Source of the DNA: Desulfatiglandales bacterium
Lineage (GTDB): Bacteria > Desulfobacterota > DSM-4660 > Desulfatiglandales > Desulfatiglandaceae
Direction of reading: 5' to 3'
Length of the DNA stretch: 64,000 bases
Assembly (NCBI GenBank): GCA_963662465.1
Contig: OY759599.1
Coordinates: 1,120,001 to 1,184,000 of the forward strand
Shown here: positions 10,185-18,822 of the stretch, in pieces
How the letters are laid out: each line of letters opens with the position of its first letter
How positions within the stretch are numbered: the first letter of the stretch is position 1
Notes under the pieces: model-generated
The model's database searches: none
Told to the model about the DNA's origin: nothing
The model's input: only the letters and a program-made list of their open reading frames with translations
Position numbers and translations under genes: made by a program

Positions 10185-11774
10185 ATGACCCGTTACAATA
10201 AACCGAAACGATATTTTGAAAAATCGGGAGTGGTTGATCCGAAGGCTTCCTATTACGTTCCCCTGGAAAACGTGACCAATATGGACAATCAGGATATCAA
10301 GACCATGGTTGATCTAGGTCGCTACTTTTCCATATTCGCTCCGAGACAGAGCGGCAAAACCACTTTTTTTAAGGAATTCTGCCGCAAACTTGAAAAAGAC
10401 CTCACCTATGTTCCTATTCTGCTGAGTTTTCAAGACTACAAGAGCCTTCAACCGCAACGGTTTTATGATTTGATGGGGAAAGCCCTCTCCAGGCAGCTCA
10501 TCGGCAGGCTGAGCCAAGTGGCGTGCCCACGATTGGACGTTATCAAATCATTTATTGAAACCTGTGCAATGTCTGATCATATCTCCTTTCGTGAGCTGTT
10601 TGAGGCGTTGAACAGGATTGTGGAACAGAAAAAGATCGTGATTTTCATAGATGAATTTGACGGCGTCCCCAGAGGCGAGCTTGAGAATTTTTTGACGACC
10701 CTGCGGGAACTGTACCAGGAATATAAAGGCCGTGAGGACAAGGCCCTCTACTCCGTTGGCCTTGTGGGAATCAGGAACATCACCAAACTCATCGTTGGCG
10801 GCGTCTCTCCGTTTAATATCGCGGATCAGGTAACGCTTCCGCCTTTCTCCTTGAAAAATGTGCATGATCTCTATGCCCAATACACAGCGGAAACAAACCA
10901 GCCGTTTACAGAAGGGGCGGTAAAAAAGGCATTTGAAGAGACCCGCGGGCAGCCCTGGTTGGTGAACCGTTTGGGCACAATCCTCACTATCAACATAAGG
11001 CCGGAAACCGCGGAACCGATCTCTGAAGAGGATGTGGAAAAGGGTGTTGAGATGCTCCTCTATGAGGAAAACAGCCACTTTGACAACATCACAGAGAAGG
11101 CAAAGCAGTTCAAAGAGACCTTCGTAGAGATTGTGTTTGACGGGGTTGAATATGTCCCCGGCGATGAGGAACAATCCCTTCTTCTGACCCACGGTCTGAT
11201 CAAGGCGGAAGGAAGGAATCTCTTTGTCAGCAACCCCATCTATAAAAAGAGGTTTACCAGGACTTTCTTTCGGGAGACCGGGGCCGGCGCGGATATGACC
11301 CACAAAGGATATTTTACTGCCGACGGATTCCTGAATATGGAGGCCGTTCTTTCTGATTTTGAGGAATATATCATCCAGATAGGCGTAAACGCCTTTTATA
11401 CGAATAAGAAACCTTATGAGAAGACAGGCCAATTCCTGCTGACTGCCTGGCTGTACCAGTTTGTGGAGGGGGGGAGAGGTGATCTTCGCTATGAAATGCC
11501 TACCGGATTGGGAAGAATGGACATCCTCCTAACCTACCGGGAGCGAAAATACATTATAGAAACAAAAATAAATCGCGCAAATATTGACAAAACCATTGAC
11601 CGGGCGGTTGAACAGCTCAGTGGAAAATATCTTTTGACCGAAATGGCGGAGGAAGGATACGTTGTTGTGTTTGATGTCAAAACAAAGGTCGGTGAAATGC
11701 GCGCCCCCAGGAAGCGGCTTGTTGAAGAAAAAGAGATATTGATCTTCGAAATTGGAATAGGGAGAGGCCTATAG
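10185..11774 (+). CDS. AAA-like ATPase with C-terminal PD-(D/E)XK-like domain
   Basis: APRQSGKTT, IFIDEFD, TRGQPWLVN, GRMDILL..YIIETK. Confidence 0.8.
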   Translation: MTRYNKPKRYFEKSGVVDPKASYYVPLENVTNMDNQDIKTMVDLGRYFSIFAPRQSGKTTFFKEFCRKLEKDLTYVPILLSFQDYKSLQPQRFYDLMGKALSRQLIGRLSQVACPRLDVIKSFIETCAMSDHISFRELFEALNRIVEQKKIVIFIDEFDGVPRGELENFLTTLRELYQEYKGREDKALYSVGLVGIRNITKLIVGGVSPFNIADQVTLPPFSLKNVHDLYAQYTAETNQPFTEGAVKKAFEETRGQPWLVNRLGTILTINIRPETAEPISEEDVEKGVEMLLYEENSHFDNITEKAKQFKETFVEIVFDGVEYVPGDEEQSLLLTHGLIKAEGRNLFVSNPIYKKRFTRTFFRETGAGADMTHKGYFTADGFLNMEAVLSDFEEYIIQIGVNAFYTNKKPYEKTGQFLLTAWLYQFVEGGRGDLRYEMPTGLGRMDILLTYRERKYIIETKINRANIDKTIDRAVEQLSGKYLLTEMAEEGYVVVFDVKTKVGEMRAPRKRLVEEKEILIFEIGIGRGL

Positions 11775-11780
11775 TGAAAA

Positions 11781-11845
11781 TTCAGGGGGCGCCATACGTA
11801 ATTCATAGGCTGATTGACAAAGAATTCACTATGGTGTCCCCAGAA
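11781..11845. repeat. Imperfect inverted repeat (REP-like)
   Basis: TTCAGGGGGCGCCATA ... TATGGTGTCCCCAGAA. Confidence 0.55.
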
Positions 11846-11924
11846 CCTGCCGGAACCTACAGAACCGCTAAAAGGCGCAGACACCTACCTGACCGGGTGG
11901 GCCTCAAATGATGGAATAGAGACT

Positions 11925-12494
11925 GTGGAAAAAAATTTCTTTATTACTGAATACAATCCGAATTGGAGAATATTTTTTAAAAATGAAAAAATATTGTTAA
12001 AAAAGATGTTTTCCAATCAATATAAATCTATAAATCATATAGGGAGTACTTCTATACCAAGTTTAGTTTCACGACCAATAGTTGACATAAGCATAGGAGT
12101 AATAAAGCTTAAAGAAAAGGACTTTTATTTAAGAATGCTAAATCCAATTGGATATCAGTATAATGTTGGTTCAGAATTTGAAGATTGGATGTTATTTAAA
12201 AAAATGGCATTAAAACAAGTGTTTAATTTACATATTATGCCATACAACAGCAAAAGATTATTAGACCAATTAATTTTCAAGCATTGTCTTTTAGATAATA
12301 AAAAGTTAATTGAAAATTATGGATGGTTAAAAAAAAGCTATATGGAACATGACGATAATTTGTTTTACTATATGAATAAACTCCCATTTGTTACAAGATT
12401 GGTTGAAGGTTTTAAAGAAGGTTTTACCAAATCGTTAAAATGTTCTGAAAAAGAACTTTATCAATATGTGCAAAATAATTTTATTGAGAAATAA
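11925..12494 (+). CDS. GrpB (UPF0157) family nucleotidyltransferase-like protein, AT-rich
   Basis: EYNPNW..F..EK, HIGSTSIPSL..RPIVDI, NLHI; much more AT-rich than its neighbours; GTG start inferred. Confidence 0.8.
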   Translation: MEKNFFITEYNPNWRIFFKNEKILLKKMFSNQYKSINHIGSTSIPSLVSRPIVDISIGVIKLKEKDFYLRMLNPIGYQYNVGSEFEDWMLFKKMALKQVFNLHIMPYNSKRLLDQLIFKHCLLDNKKLIENYGWLKKSYMEHDDNLFYYMNKLPFVTRLVEGFKEGFTKSLKCSEKELYQYVQNNFIEK

Positions 12495-12496
12495 TC

Positions 12497-12558
12497 ACCC
12501 AACAAGGCTTTTGCAGGGGAACGCAAAAAGCCGTGGTCACTGAAAAGCAGCGTTGTGT
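12497..12558 (+). other. Integron attC-like recombination site
   Basis: ACCCAAC (RYYYAAC) 2 nt after the stop and GTTGTGT at the end; arms CAAC-AAG-GCTTTT-G-CAG / CTG-AAAAGC-AGC-GTTG with an unpaired G; 62 bp. Confidence 0.7.
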
Positions 12559-12638
12559 TCCAATCGGCAGACCTAAAGGATAAAATTTGAGGCTCATCGC
12601 GGATTAACGTGAAAATCGCTACTGACTTCGTTTTCGCA

Positions 12639-12788
12639 CTCGTTCCCACGCTCTGCGTGGGAACGGTTTTCGGACGCTCTGCGTCCCGGTTTAGACCTCT
12701 AAGAAATGGGCTTGTAGCGGTTCAAAAGACGAATTGTCGGACGCGGGAGCGTCCAAGGTAGGTTCCCACGCAAAGCATGGGAACCAGA
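12639..12788. repeat. REPIN-like pair of palindromes
   Basis: CTCGTTCCCACGCTCTGCGTGGGAAC ... GTTCCCACGCAAAGCATGGGAACCAG, with inner GGACGCTCTGCGTCC / GGACGCGGGAGCGTCC. Confidence 0.75.
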
Positions 12789-12833
12789 AGGGTCTTTTGC
12801 CCCTGCAAATGGCCGGAATGATGATCAAGGCCG

Positions 12834-12933
12834 AACCTTGATGAAAAAGACGTCCTTGATTGCCTTGATGATGCTCGGCTGCGTGAATAAAAAATCAAGG
12901 AATCAAGGCAATCAAGAAAATCAAGGTTCAGAC
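12834..12933. repeat. Inverted repeat built from (A)ATCAAG(G) units
   Basis: GAACCTTGAT..CCTTGATTGCCTTGAT ... ATCAAGGCAATCAAGAAAATCAAGGTTC. Confidence 0.65.
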
Positions 12934-12955
12934 AAATGAAAAACTGTCCCGGCTT

Positions 12956-13292
12956 ATGTCGGTAGCCGAATATACGACCGGACGGACGCCGGGCGCCCGC
13001 GGGGGCGAACCGGGGAAGAAGAAAATCGATTACAAAGAGGTCTTGTCCCCGGAAGATTTTTCCATTTTTGTAAAATTGCGGATTGGCGCAAGGAGAGGGC
13101 CGTCCGGGAAGCGGTTCCGCTTTACACCGTTTTCATGAATGACCAGCTTGCGGCCATGGTTCAAAAAAAGATCACCACCAAGGCGGGATTAAAGCAGATT
13201 GAAGGGGTAGGGGATGCCAGGGTTGAAAAGTACGGGGATGCCGTACTCGCCATTTTAAAGCAGTCCTATACGCCTCCGGACCAAAAAAATGA
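12956..13292 (+). pseudogene. HRDC-domain DGR accessory protein, one-base frameshift near 13080
   Basis: KIDYKEVLSPEDFSIFVKLR continues in another frame as DWRKERAVREAVPLYTVFMNDQLAAMV..GLKQIEGVGDARVEKYG; its TGA overlaps the RT ATG (ATGA). Confidence 0.8.
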
Positions 13293-14293
13293 AACGGGCA
13301 AATCACCTGTATGACAAAATTTCCACCCATGAGAATTTGCACCTTGCTTTCCGGAAGGCTGCCAAAGGTAAGCAGTCCCATGCGGAAGTGGTGCAGTTTA
13401 AAAATCAATTTGACGCCAATATCCAAAACCTAAGAGAACAATTGGCGACCGGCAAGCCGGATATCGGGCATTACCATTTTTTTACGGTGCATGATCCCAA
13501 AGTAAGGAACATTTGTGCGGCCTCATTTCCGGAGCGGGTCCTTCATCATGCGGTCATGAATTTGTGCGAACCTCATCTGGATGCCTACGCTATTCACGAT
13601 TCCTATGCCTGCCGGATAGGGAAAGGGAATCGGAAAGCGCTGGCACGGGCGCAGGAATTTGCCCGCAAATACCCCTGGTATTTGAAACTGGATATCGCCC
13701 GGTATTTTGATTCCATTGACCACGAAATTGCATTGCACTTGCTGTCGCGGCAGTTCAAAGAGAAAAAGCTGTTGGCATTGTTTGCCGCAATTTTGAATAC
13801 CTATCACTCAAAACCGGGCAAAGGGGCGCCCATCGGCAACCTCATATCCCAGCACCTGACCAATTTTTACCTGGGGGCATTGGATCACTGGATAAAGGAA
13901 ACCCGGAAAATCAAAGGCTATGTCCGATACATGGATGATTTTATCCTTTTTTCCGATCAAAAAGCACATCTCAAATTGGAACTGGCGGAAATAATCCAAT
14001 TCCTGGAAACCCAACTGGCCTTGAAACTGAAAGAGAATATTCAAATCAACCGGACCGTTCTAGGTATCCCTTTTCTGGGGTTCCGTGTGTTTCCGGCTCA
14101 CACTCGGTTGTTGCCCCGAACCCGAAAACGGTTTTCACAAAAATTGAGGGAATATGAACGGAAATATATTGAAGGTCAATGGACTGAAACTGATTTGGTT
14201 CGGCATGCTGAACCGCTGATGGCGTTTACCGATGCCGAGGACAGCGTGCCGTTCAGGCGCATGGTCCTCCATCGTTTTGGGGTTTTGTCCTGA
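13289..14293 (+). CDS. DGR reverse transcriptase
   Basis: [24 protein letters not shown] (DGR-type SQ motif), [13 protein letters not shown]; 334 aa with no maturase/HNH extension; followed by an AAC-rich template. Confidence 0.93.
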   Translation: MKRANHLYDKISTHENLHLAFRKAAKGKQSHAEVVQFKNQFDANIQNLREQLATGKPDIGHYHFFTVHDPKVRNICAASFPERVLHHAVMNLCEPHLDAYAIHDSYACRIGKGNRKALARAQEFARKYPWYLKLDIARYFDSIDHEIALHLLSRQFKEKKLLALFAAILNTYHSKPGKGAPIGNLISQHLTNFYLGALDHWIKETRKIKGYVRYMDDFILFSDQKAHLKLELAEIIQFLETQLALKLKENIQINRTVLGIPFLGFRVFPAHTRLLPRTRKRFSQKLREYERKYIEGQWTETDLVRHAEPLMAFTDAEDSVPFRRMVLHRFGVLS

Positions 14294-14295
14294 GA

Positions 14296-14420
14296 GGCTC
14301 AAACCGTGTGATTCGGGGCGGCAGTTGGAACAACAACGTGCGGAACTGTCGGTCGGCTAATCGCAACAACAACAATCCGGACAACAGGAACAACAACATA
14401 GGGTTTAGGCTTCTTCTCTC
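14296..14420 (+). ncRNA. DGR template repeat (FGE-sulfatase/CLec type)
   Basis: Conceptual translation [39 protein letters not shown] with 14 AAY codons; not part of any ORF; starts just after the RT stop. Confidence 0.93.
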
Positions 14421-14501
14421 CTCAGCTCACCAGATCAGCGGATGCTGACTGCTGACCCATGGACAAAATCCCGTCCCTTGCAAAAAGGGCAAAAAGCAGA
14501 C

Positions 14502-14561
14502 ACCCGACCGGGGTTGGTAACCGGAACGGAACGTTCCGGCGAACATCCCGATCGGGTTTTT
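14502..14561 (+). other. Nested stem-loop 3' of the TR (DGR RNA spacer or terminator)
   Basis: ACCCGACCGGG..CCGGAACG-GAA-CGTTCCGG..CCCGATCGGGT followed by a T run. Confidence 0.65.
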
Positions 14562-14594
14562 ACCATGAAAATACATCGCGGGGGCCTGCTGTGA

Positions 14595-14622
14595 GTAGAG
14601 ACAAGGCATGTTTTGTCTCTAC
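14595..14622. repeat. GTAG-type REP palindrome
   Basis: GTAGAGACAAGGCATGTTTTGTCTCTAC. Confidence 0.65.
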
Positions 14623-14794
14623 AGCCTCGACTGTCGCGGCAGGATGGGGTTTGAAGGAAATTGGCCGTATCCTAATCCTGTTCATCGTGTTTAATCCTGT
14701 GAATCGTGTTCAAAACGGGAAGGATGCCGACAATGACGGATGCCCCGTACACATGGTGTTGACAACCCACCCAAAATACGTTTAAATACTTCCC

Positions 14795-15844
14795 ATGGTC
14801 GAACATGACAACAGTTATAAGCTTCTTTTTTCCCATAAGGAAATGGTGCGGGACCTGCTTCTGGGGTTTGTGAAGGAGGAGTGGGTTCAGGGGCTGGATA
14901 CGGAAAGCCTTGAACGGGTGAATGGATCGTATGTGAGCGATAATATCCGGGATCGGCATGATGATATCGTCTGGCGGGTGAAATGGGGCAGGGAGTGGCT
15001 CTATGTGTATATTGTGATTGAATTTCAATCCACCATCGACATATACATGCCGCTTCGCGTACTGGTGTATGTTGGGCTTTTGTACCAGGATCTGATCCGG
15101 GAAAAGAAGTTGAGTCCTTCAGGCAAACTGCCGCCCGTATTGCCGGTGGTATTGTACAACGGAAAGCCCCGGTGGAATGGGCCTGTTGAAATATCGGATT
15201 TGATAGAATTCGTGCCCGGAGGTCTTTCCCGATATTGTCCCCGATTCACCTTTTTGCTGCTGGATGAGGGGGCATATGCCGATGAAACCCTGAAGCCGCT
15301 CAAAAATGTGGTGTCGGCCCTGTTTCGCCTTGAAAACAGCCGGGACCCGGAAGTGATCATGGAGATTGTGTCTTCCCTTTTGAAGTGGTTGTCCGTCCCG
15401 GAACAGGCAAGTTTGAGACGGGCTTTTACGGTTTGGTTTAACCGGGTGTTTTTTACCTCGTGGCGGCGGACGAATAAAAAGGCGTTGCCTGAATTTCATG
15501 AGCTTACGGAGGTACACGCAATGCTGGCGGAAACAGTTGCGGAATGGCAAGAAGAATGGAAACGGGAGGGCCTGAAAAAAGGACTGAAAAAAGGACTGAA
15601 AAAAGGACTGAAAAAAGGACTGAAAAAAGGACTGAAAAAAGGCCGTGAGGAAGGCCGTGAGGAAGGCCGTGAGGAAGGCCGGAAACAGTGGGGCGCCAGT
15701 ATCCTTTTGAAGCATCTGGAGTTCAAATTTGGAACGCTGAATCTGAAAGATCGTAAAAGAGTTGAATCAGCCGACAGCGAGACGCTCCTGAAATGGAGCG
15801 AAAAGGTTTTAACCGCTGGGAGCGTTGAGGAAATTTTTGAATAG
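14795..15844 (+). CDS. Rpn family recombination-promoting nuclease (Transposase_31/YhgA-like)
   Basis: HDNSYKLLFSH, RHDDIVWRV, IEFQS, LPPVLPVVLYNG, C-terminal GxxxG repeats. Confidence 0.9.
   Translation: MVEHDNSYKLLFSHKEMVRDLLLGFVKEEWVQGLDTESLERVNGSYVSDNIRDRHDDIVWRVKWGREWLYVYIVIEFQSTIDIYMPLRVLVYVGLLYQDLIREKKLSPSGKLPPVLPVVLYNGKPRWNGPVEISDLIEFVPGGLSRYCPRFTFLLLDEGAYADETLKPLKNVVSALFRLENSRDPEVIMEIVSSLLKWLSVPEQASLRRAFTVWFNRVFFTSWRRTNKKALPEFHELTEVHAMLAETVAEWQEEWKREGLKKGLKKGLKKGLKKGLKKGLKKGREEGREEGREEGRKQWGASILLKHLEFKFGTLNLKDRKRVESADSETLLKWSEKVLTAGSVEEIFE
15569..15676 (+). repeat. In-frame 12-bp tandem repeats inside rpn
   Basis: GG(A/C)CTGAAAAAA x6 then GGCCGTGAGGAA x3 (GLKK x6, GREE x3). Confidence 0.95.
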
Positions 15845-15910
15845 AAAATGAGTACTCTTCATTTAAAGCTTACCTGAAAAGTCAAGGGACAAAGCGCCGG
15901 AATGCCTCCA

Positions 15911-15994
15911 ATGGCAGACACACCGCAACCCGGTGAGACATGGACCAATCCGGTCGCCGGCATGGTCTTTGCTAGACCCCCACTTGACCTTTAG
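15911..15994 (+). pseudogene. Short fragment resembling the start of an FGE-sulfatase domain
   Basis: MADTPQPGETWTNPVAGMVF; compare FMDPVTGIAFV at the start of the kinase FGE domain in this window. Confidence 0.5.
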
Positions 15995-16030
15995 CAACCG
16001 GAAGAATTCAGAGAGCAGGGAGGTGAATCG

Positions 16031-17815
16031 ATGAAATTTCCTTATGGCATGTCTGATTTTAAAGCGATTACAACACAGAATTATTTTTACTGCGATAGAA
16101 CAGACAAAATATCCTTACTCGAAAATTCAAAATCACAACTTTTTATACGTCCCAGACGATTTGGGAAGAGCCTTGTTCTATCGATGCTGGAAAATTACTA
16201 TGATGTGGCAAGGGCGGATGAATTTGATGAAATGTTTGGTGATCTTGCAATCGGCAAAAACCCCACAAAATTGCGGAACGCCTATTTTATCTTGAGGTGG
16301 GATTTTTCATGTGTTGATACAACAGGAAGCGTCGAAGATCTTAAACGGTCATTCTATAATCATCTAAACGTAAGAATTGAAAGCTTTATTCGGTATTATG
16401 TTTTTGCGGGATATGATTTACCGCCGGTAAAAATCAAAGACGACGATGCCCTCTATTCCATAGAGTCATTATTGAGTTCAATTAGAACTACCTCCTATCC
16501 CATTTATCTCCTCATAGATGAGTACGATAATTTTGCCAATACCATCATGATGGGAACGCAGAATGAAAAAGGCAGATATAATGCGCTGGTTCATGATGAA
16601 GGTGTTTTAAGGACCCTGTTCAAAGCCATCAAATCTTCCACGTCCGGCCCGATGTTTGATCGGGTATTTATAACAGGCGTTTCGCCTGTTGTGATGAGCG
16701 ATATTACCAGCGGTTATAATATCGCTAAAAATATCTATTTTGAACCTGAATTTAACGATTTATGCGGTTTCAGAGAAAAGGAGGTACGTGGCGTCATTGA
16801 ACAAATTGTGGATGAATGCGATTTTGGCACGGAAAAAGCTGATGAAGCGCTTGATTTAATGAAAACATACTATAATGGATACCTTTTTGCGTTTGGCCTG
16901 GATGAATATATTTATAACCCAACATTATGCCTTTATTTTTTTGAGCAGTTTCAAAAAATGTGCTGTTCTCCAAGAGAAATGCTCGATGATAATCTTGCAA
17001 CGGATGAATCTAAACTGGAATATATTGCGCAATTACCTGAGGGTCAGGATCTGCTTGTCGGTTTGACGCAAAAAGCGCATGAAGTGGCGGTCTCTAAAGT
17101 AAGCAAACGTTTTGGCGTTAAAGAGATGCTGACCGACAAGTCAAAGGACAACGCTTTTCTGATTTCATTTCTTTATTATTTTGGTGTACTGACGCTGGCG
17201 GGCGAGAATTCTGAAGGTGACGTGATTTTAAAAGTTCCAAATCTGGTGATACAGAGTTTGTATGTGGAACGGGTTCAAAGAATGCTCTTATCTGAACCGG
17301 GCGACAGGGACGATGGTACATTCGCGGCAAAACAGGTTTACCAGAAAGGCAATATCCAACCCCTGTGCGATTTTGTGGAAAACAGGTATTTCACGGTTTT
17401 CAAGAATCGAGATTACAGGTGGGCCAATGAATTGACGTTAAAAACCGCCTTCTTAACGCTTGTGTACAATGATATTTTGTACATAATGGACTCCGAACCC
17501 GAGATCGACCGCAGGTATGCGGATCTCACCATGATGATCCGGCCGGATAAGCGACATTTTACAATATTTGATGTGCTGATCGAGTTCAAATTTGTAACGC
17601 TAAAAGATGCTGGGATAACAGGGGCGCAGGCCAAACAATTGACGGAAGATGAATTATATGGCATGCCGAACATAAAAGAGGCGTTTAAAGAGGGAAGGCG
17701 TCAGGTTGTGCTTTACGGTAAAAAGCTCGATGAGAAATACGGCAATCTGCGCTTGAAAAAATTTGTGGTAACGGCCCTTGGTTTTGAAAGGGTTTGTTTC
17801 GAAAAGATCGATTAA
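16031..17815 (+). CDS. AAA-ATPase-like / PD-(D/E)XK nuclease protein
   Basis: KFPYGMSDF, RPRRFGKS, LIDEYDN, FITGVSP, YNGY, RYADL..IEFK. Confidence 0.88.
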   Translation: MKFPYGMSDFKAITTQNYFYCDRTDKISLLENSKSQLFIRPRRFGKSLVLSMLENYYDVARADEFDEMFGDLAIGKNPTKLRNAYFILRWDFSCVDTTGSVEDLKRSFYNHLNVRIESFIRYYVFAGYDLPPVKIKDDDALYSIESLLSSIRTTSYPIYLLIDEYDNFANTIMMGTQNEKGRYNALVHDEGVLRTLFKAIKSSTSGPMFDRVFITGVSPVVMSDITSGYNIAKNIYFEPEFNDLCGFREKEVRGVIEQIVDECDFGTEKADEALDLMKTYYNGYLFAFGLDEYIYNPTLCLYFFEQFQKMCCSPREMLDDNLATDESKLEYIAQLPEGQDLLVGLTQKAHEVAVSKVSKRFGVKEMLTDKSKDNAFLISFLYYFGVLTLAGENSEGDVILKVPNLVIQSLYVERVQRMLLSEPGDRDDGTFAAKQVYQKGNIQPLCDFVENRYFTVFKNRDYRWANELTLKTAFLTLVYNDILYIMDSEPEIDRRYADLTMMIRPDKRHFTIFDVLIEFKFVTLKDAGITGAQAKQLTEDELYGMPNIKEAFKEGRRQVVLYGKKLDEKYGNLRLKKFVVTALGFERVCFEKID

Positions 17816-17865
17816 TGAACTTCGGATGAATGCCATCAATGAGAAGAACCGGTAAACAGAAAAAT

Positions 17866-18822
17866 ATGACGCAAGGATTATGTCACCCTCTTCTCGGCGC
17901 CCATTTTTCTATTGCTGGCGGTTTTCATAAGGCATTGTATACGGCCATGGACTACGGCTGCACCGCTGTCCAAATCTTCACCAAGAACGCCAGTACCTGG
18001 AAAGAACGGATTTTGACCGATCAAGATATTGAAACCTTCGATCGGGCACGGCGGGAAACCGGCATTAAAGCCATCGCTTCCCATACGGCCTACCTGATCA
18101 ATCTCGGTTCCCCGGAAAAGAAAAAATTCGACCGGGCCTGCACCGCTCTGACTTGTGAGATGACCCGATCCGCCCAACTCGGCATTCCCTGGGTGGTCCA
18201 TCATCCCGGCGCCCACATGGGGACCGGCGAGGCCGTGGGCATTTCCCGGATTGCGGAAGGCATCAACCGGGTGCTTCATGAAAGCCGGGACAAGGGCCCG
18301 CGGCTTCTGCTGGAAACCTGCGCCGGCCAGGGCACGACCCTGGGGCATACCTTTGAACAGCTCGCCGCCATTTTCGAAAGGGTCGAACAGCGCGATCGCC
18401 TCGGGTTTTGTCTCGATACCTGCCATATCTTTGTCGCCGGCTATGATATCCGCACTGAAGCAGCCTATCATAAGACCATGGCGGCCTTTGACGGAATCCT
18501 GGGGTTGGACCGGCTTAAACTGATCCACCTTAACGATGCCCGACGGGAGCTGGGTTCCAGGGTTGACCGTCATCATCATATCGGAAAAGGGGAAATCGGT
18601 CCTCTGGGGTTTTCACTGATCATGAACGATAGACGTCTGGCCCGCATACCGAAAATACTGGAAACCCCCAAGAAAGAGGGCGATATCGACTGGGATCGAA
18701 AGAACCTGGATTGCCTGTTGGCCATGTTGGCGCAAAGATCCTCAGGAAGGGGGCCCAAAAAAACCCATTCCCTGCTGCCCTTGCCCATCCTGGTAGATGT
18801 GCAGCAGGTGACCGCCCGTTGA
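17866..18822 (+). CDS. nfo: Endonuclease IV
   Basis: LGAHFSIAGG, QIFTKN, HTAYLINL, HPGAH, LETCAGQG, DTCH, HLND, DRHHHIG, ETP. Confidence 0.95.
   Translation: MTQGLCHPLLGAHFSIAGGFHKALYTAMDYGCTAVQIFTKNASTWKERILTDQDIETFDRARRETGIKAIASHTAYLINLGSPEKKKFDRACTALTCEMTRSAQLGIPWVVHHPGAHMGTGEAVGISRIAEGINRVLHESRDKGPRLLLETCAGQGTTLGHTFEQLAAIFERVEQRDRLGFCLDTCHIFVAGYDIRTEAAYHKTMAAFDGILGLDRLKLIHLNDARRELGSRVDRHHHIGKGEIGPLGFSLIMNDRRLARIPKILETPKKEGDIDWDRKNLDCLLAMLAQRSSGRGPKKTHSLLPLPILVDVQQVTAR

Noticed and set aside
13289..14293. RT as a group II intron, retron or CRISPR-associated RT
   Set aside because: No maturase or HNH domain, no cas1 or array; the SQ motif and adjacent AAC-rich template fit a DGR.
14459..14785. 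108-aa ORF downstream of the TR
   Set aside because: Runs through the spacer hairpin and REP palindromes; no recognisable protein features.
15569..15676. Tandem repeats as a CRISPR array
   Set aside because: 12-bp in-frame units with no spacers.
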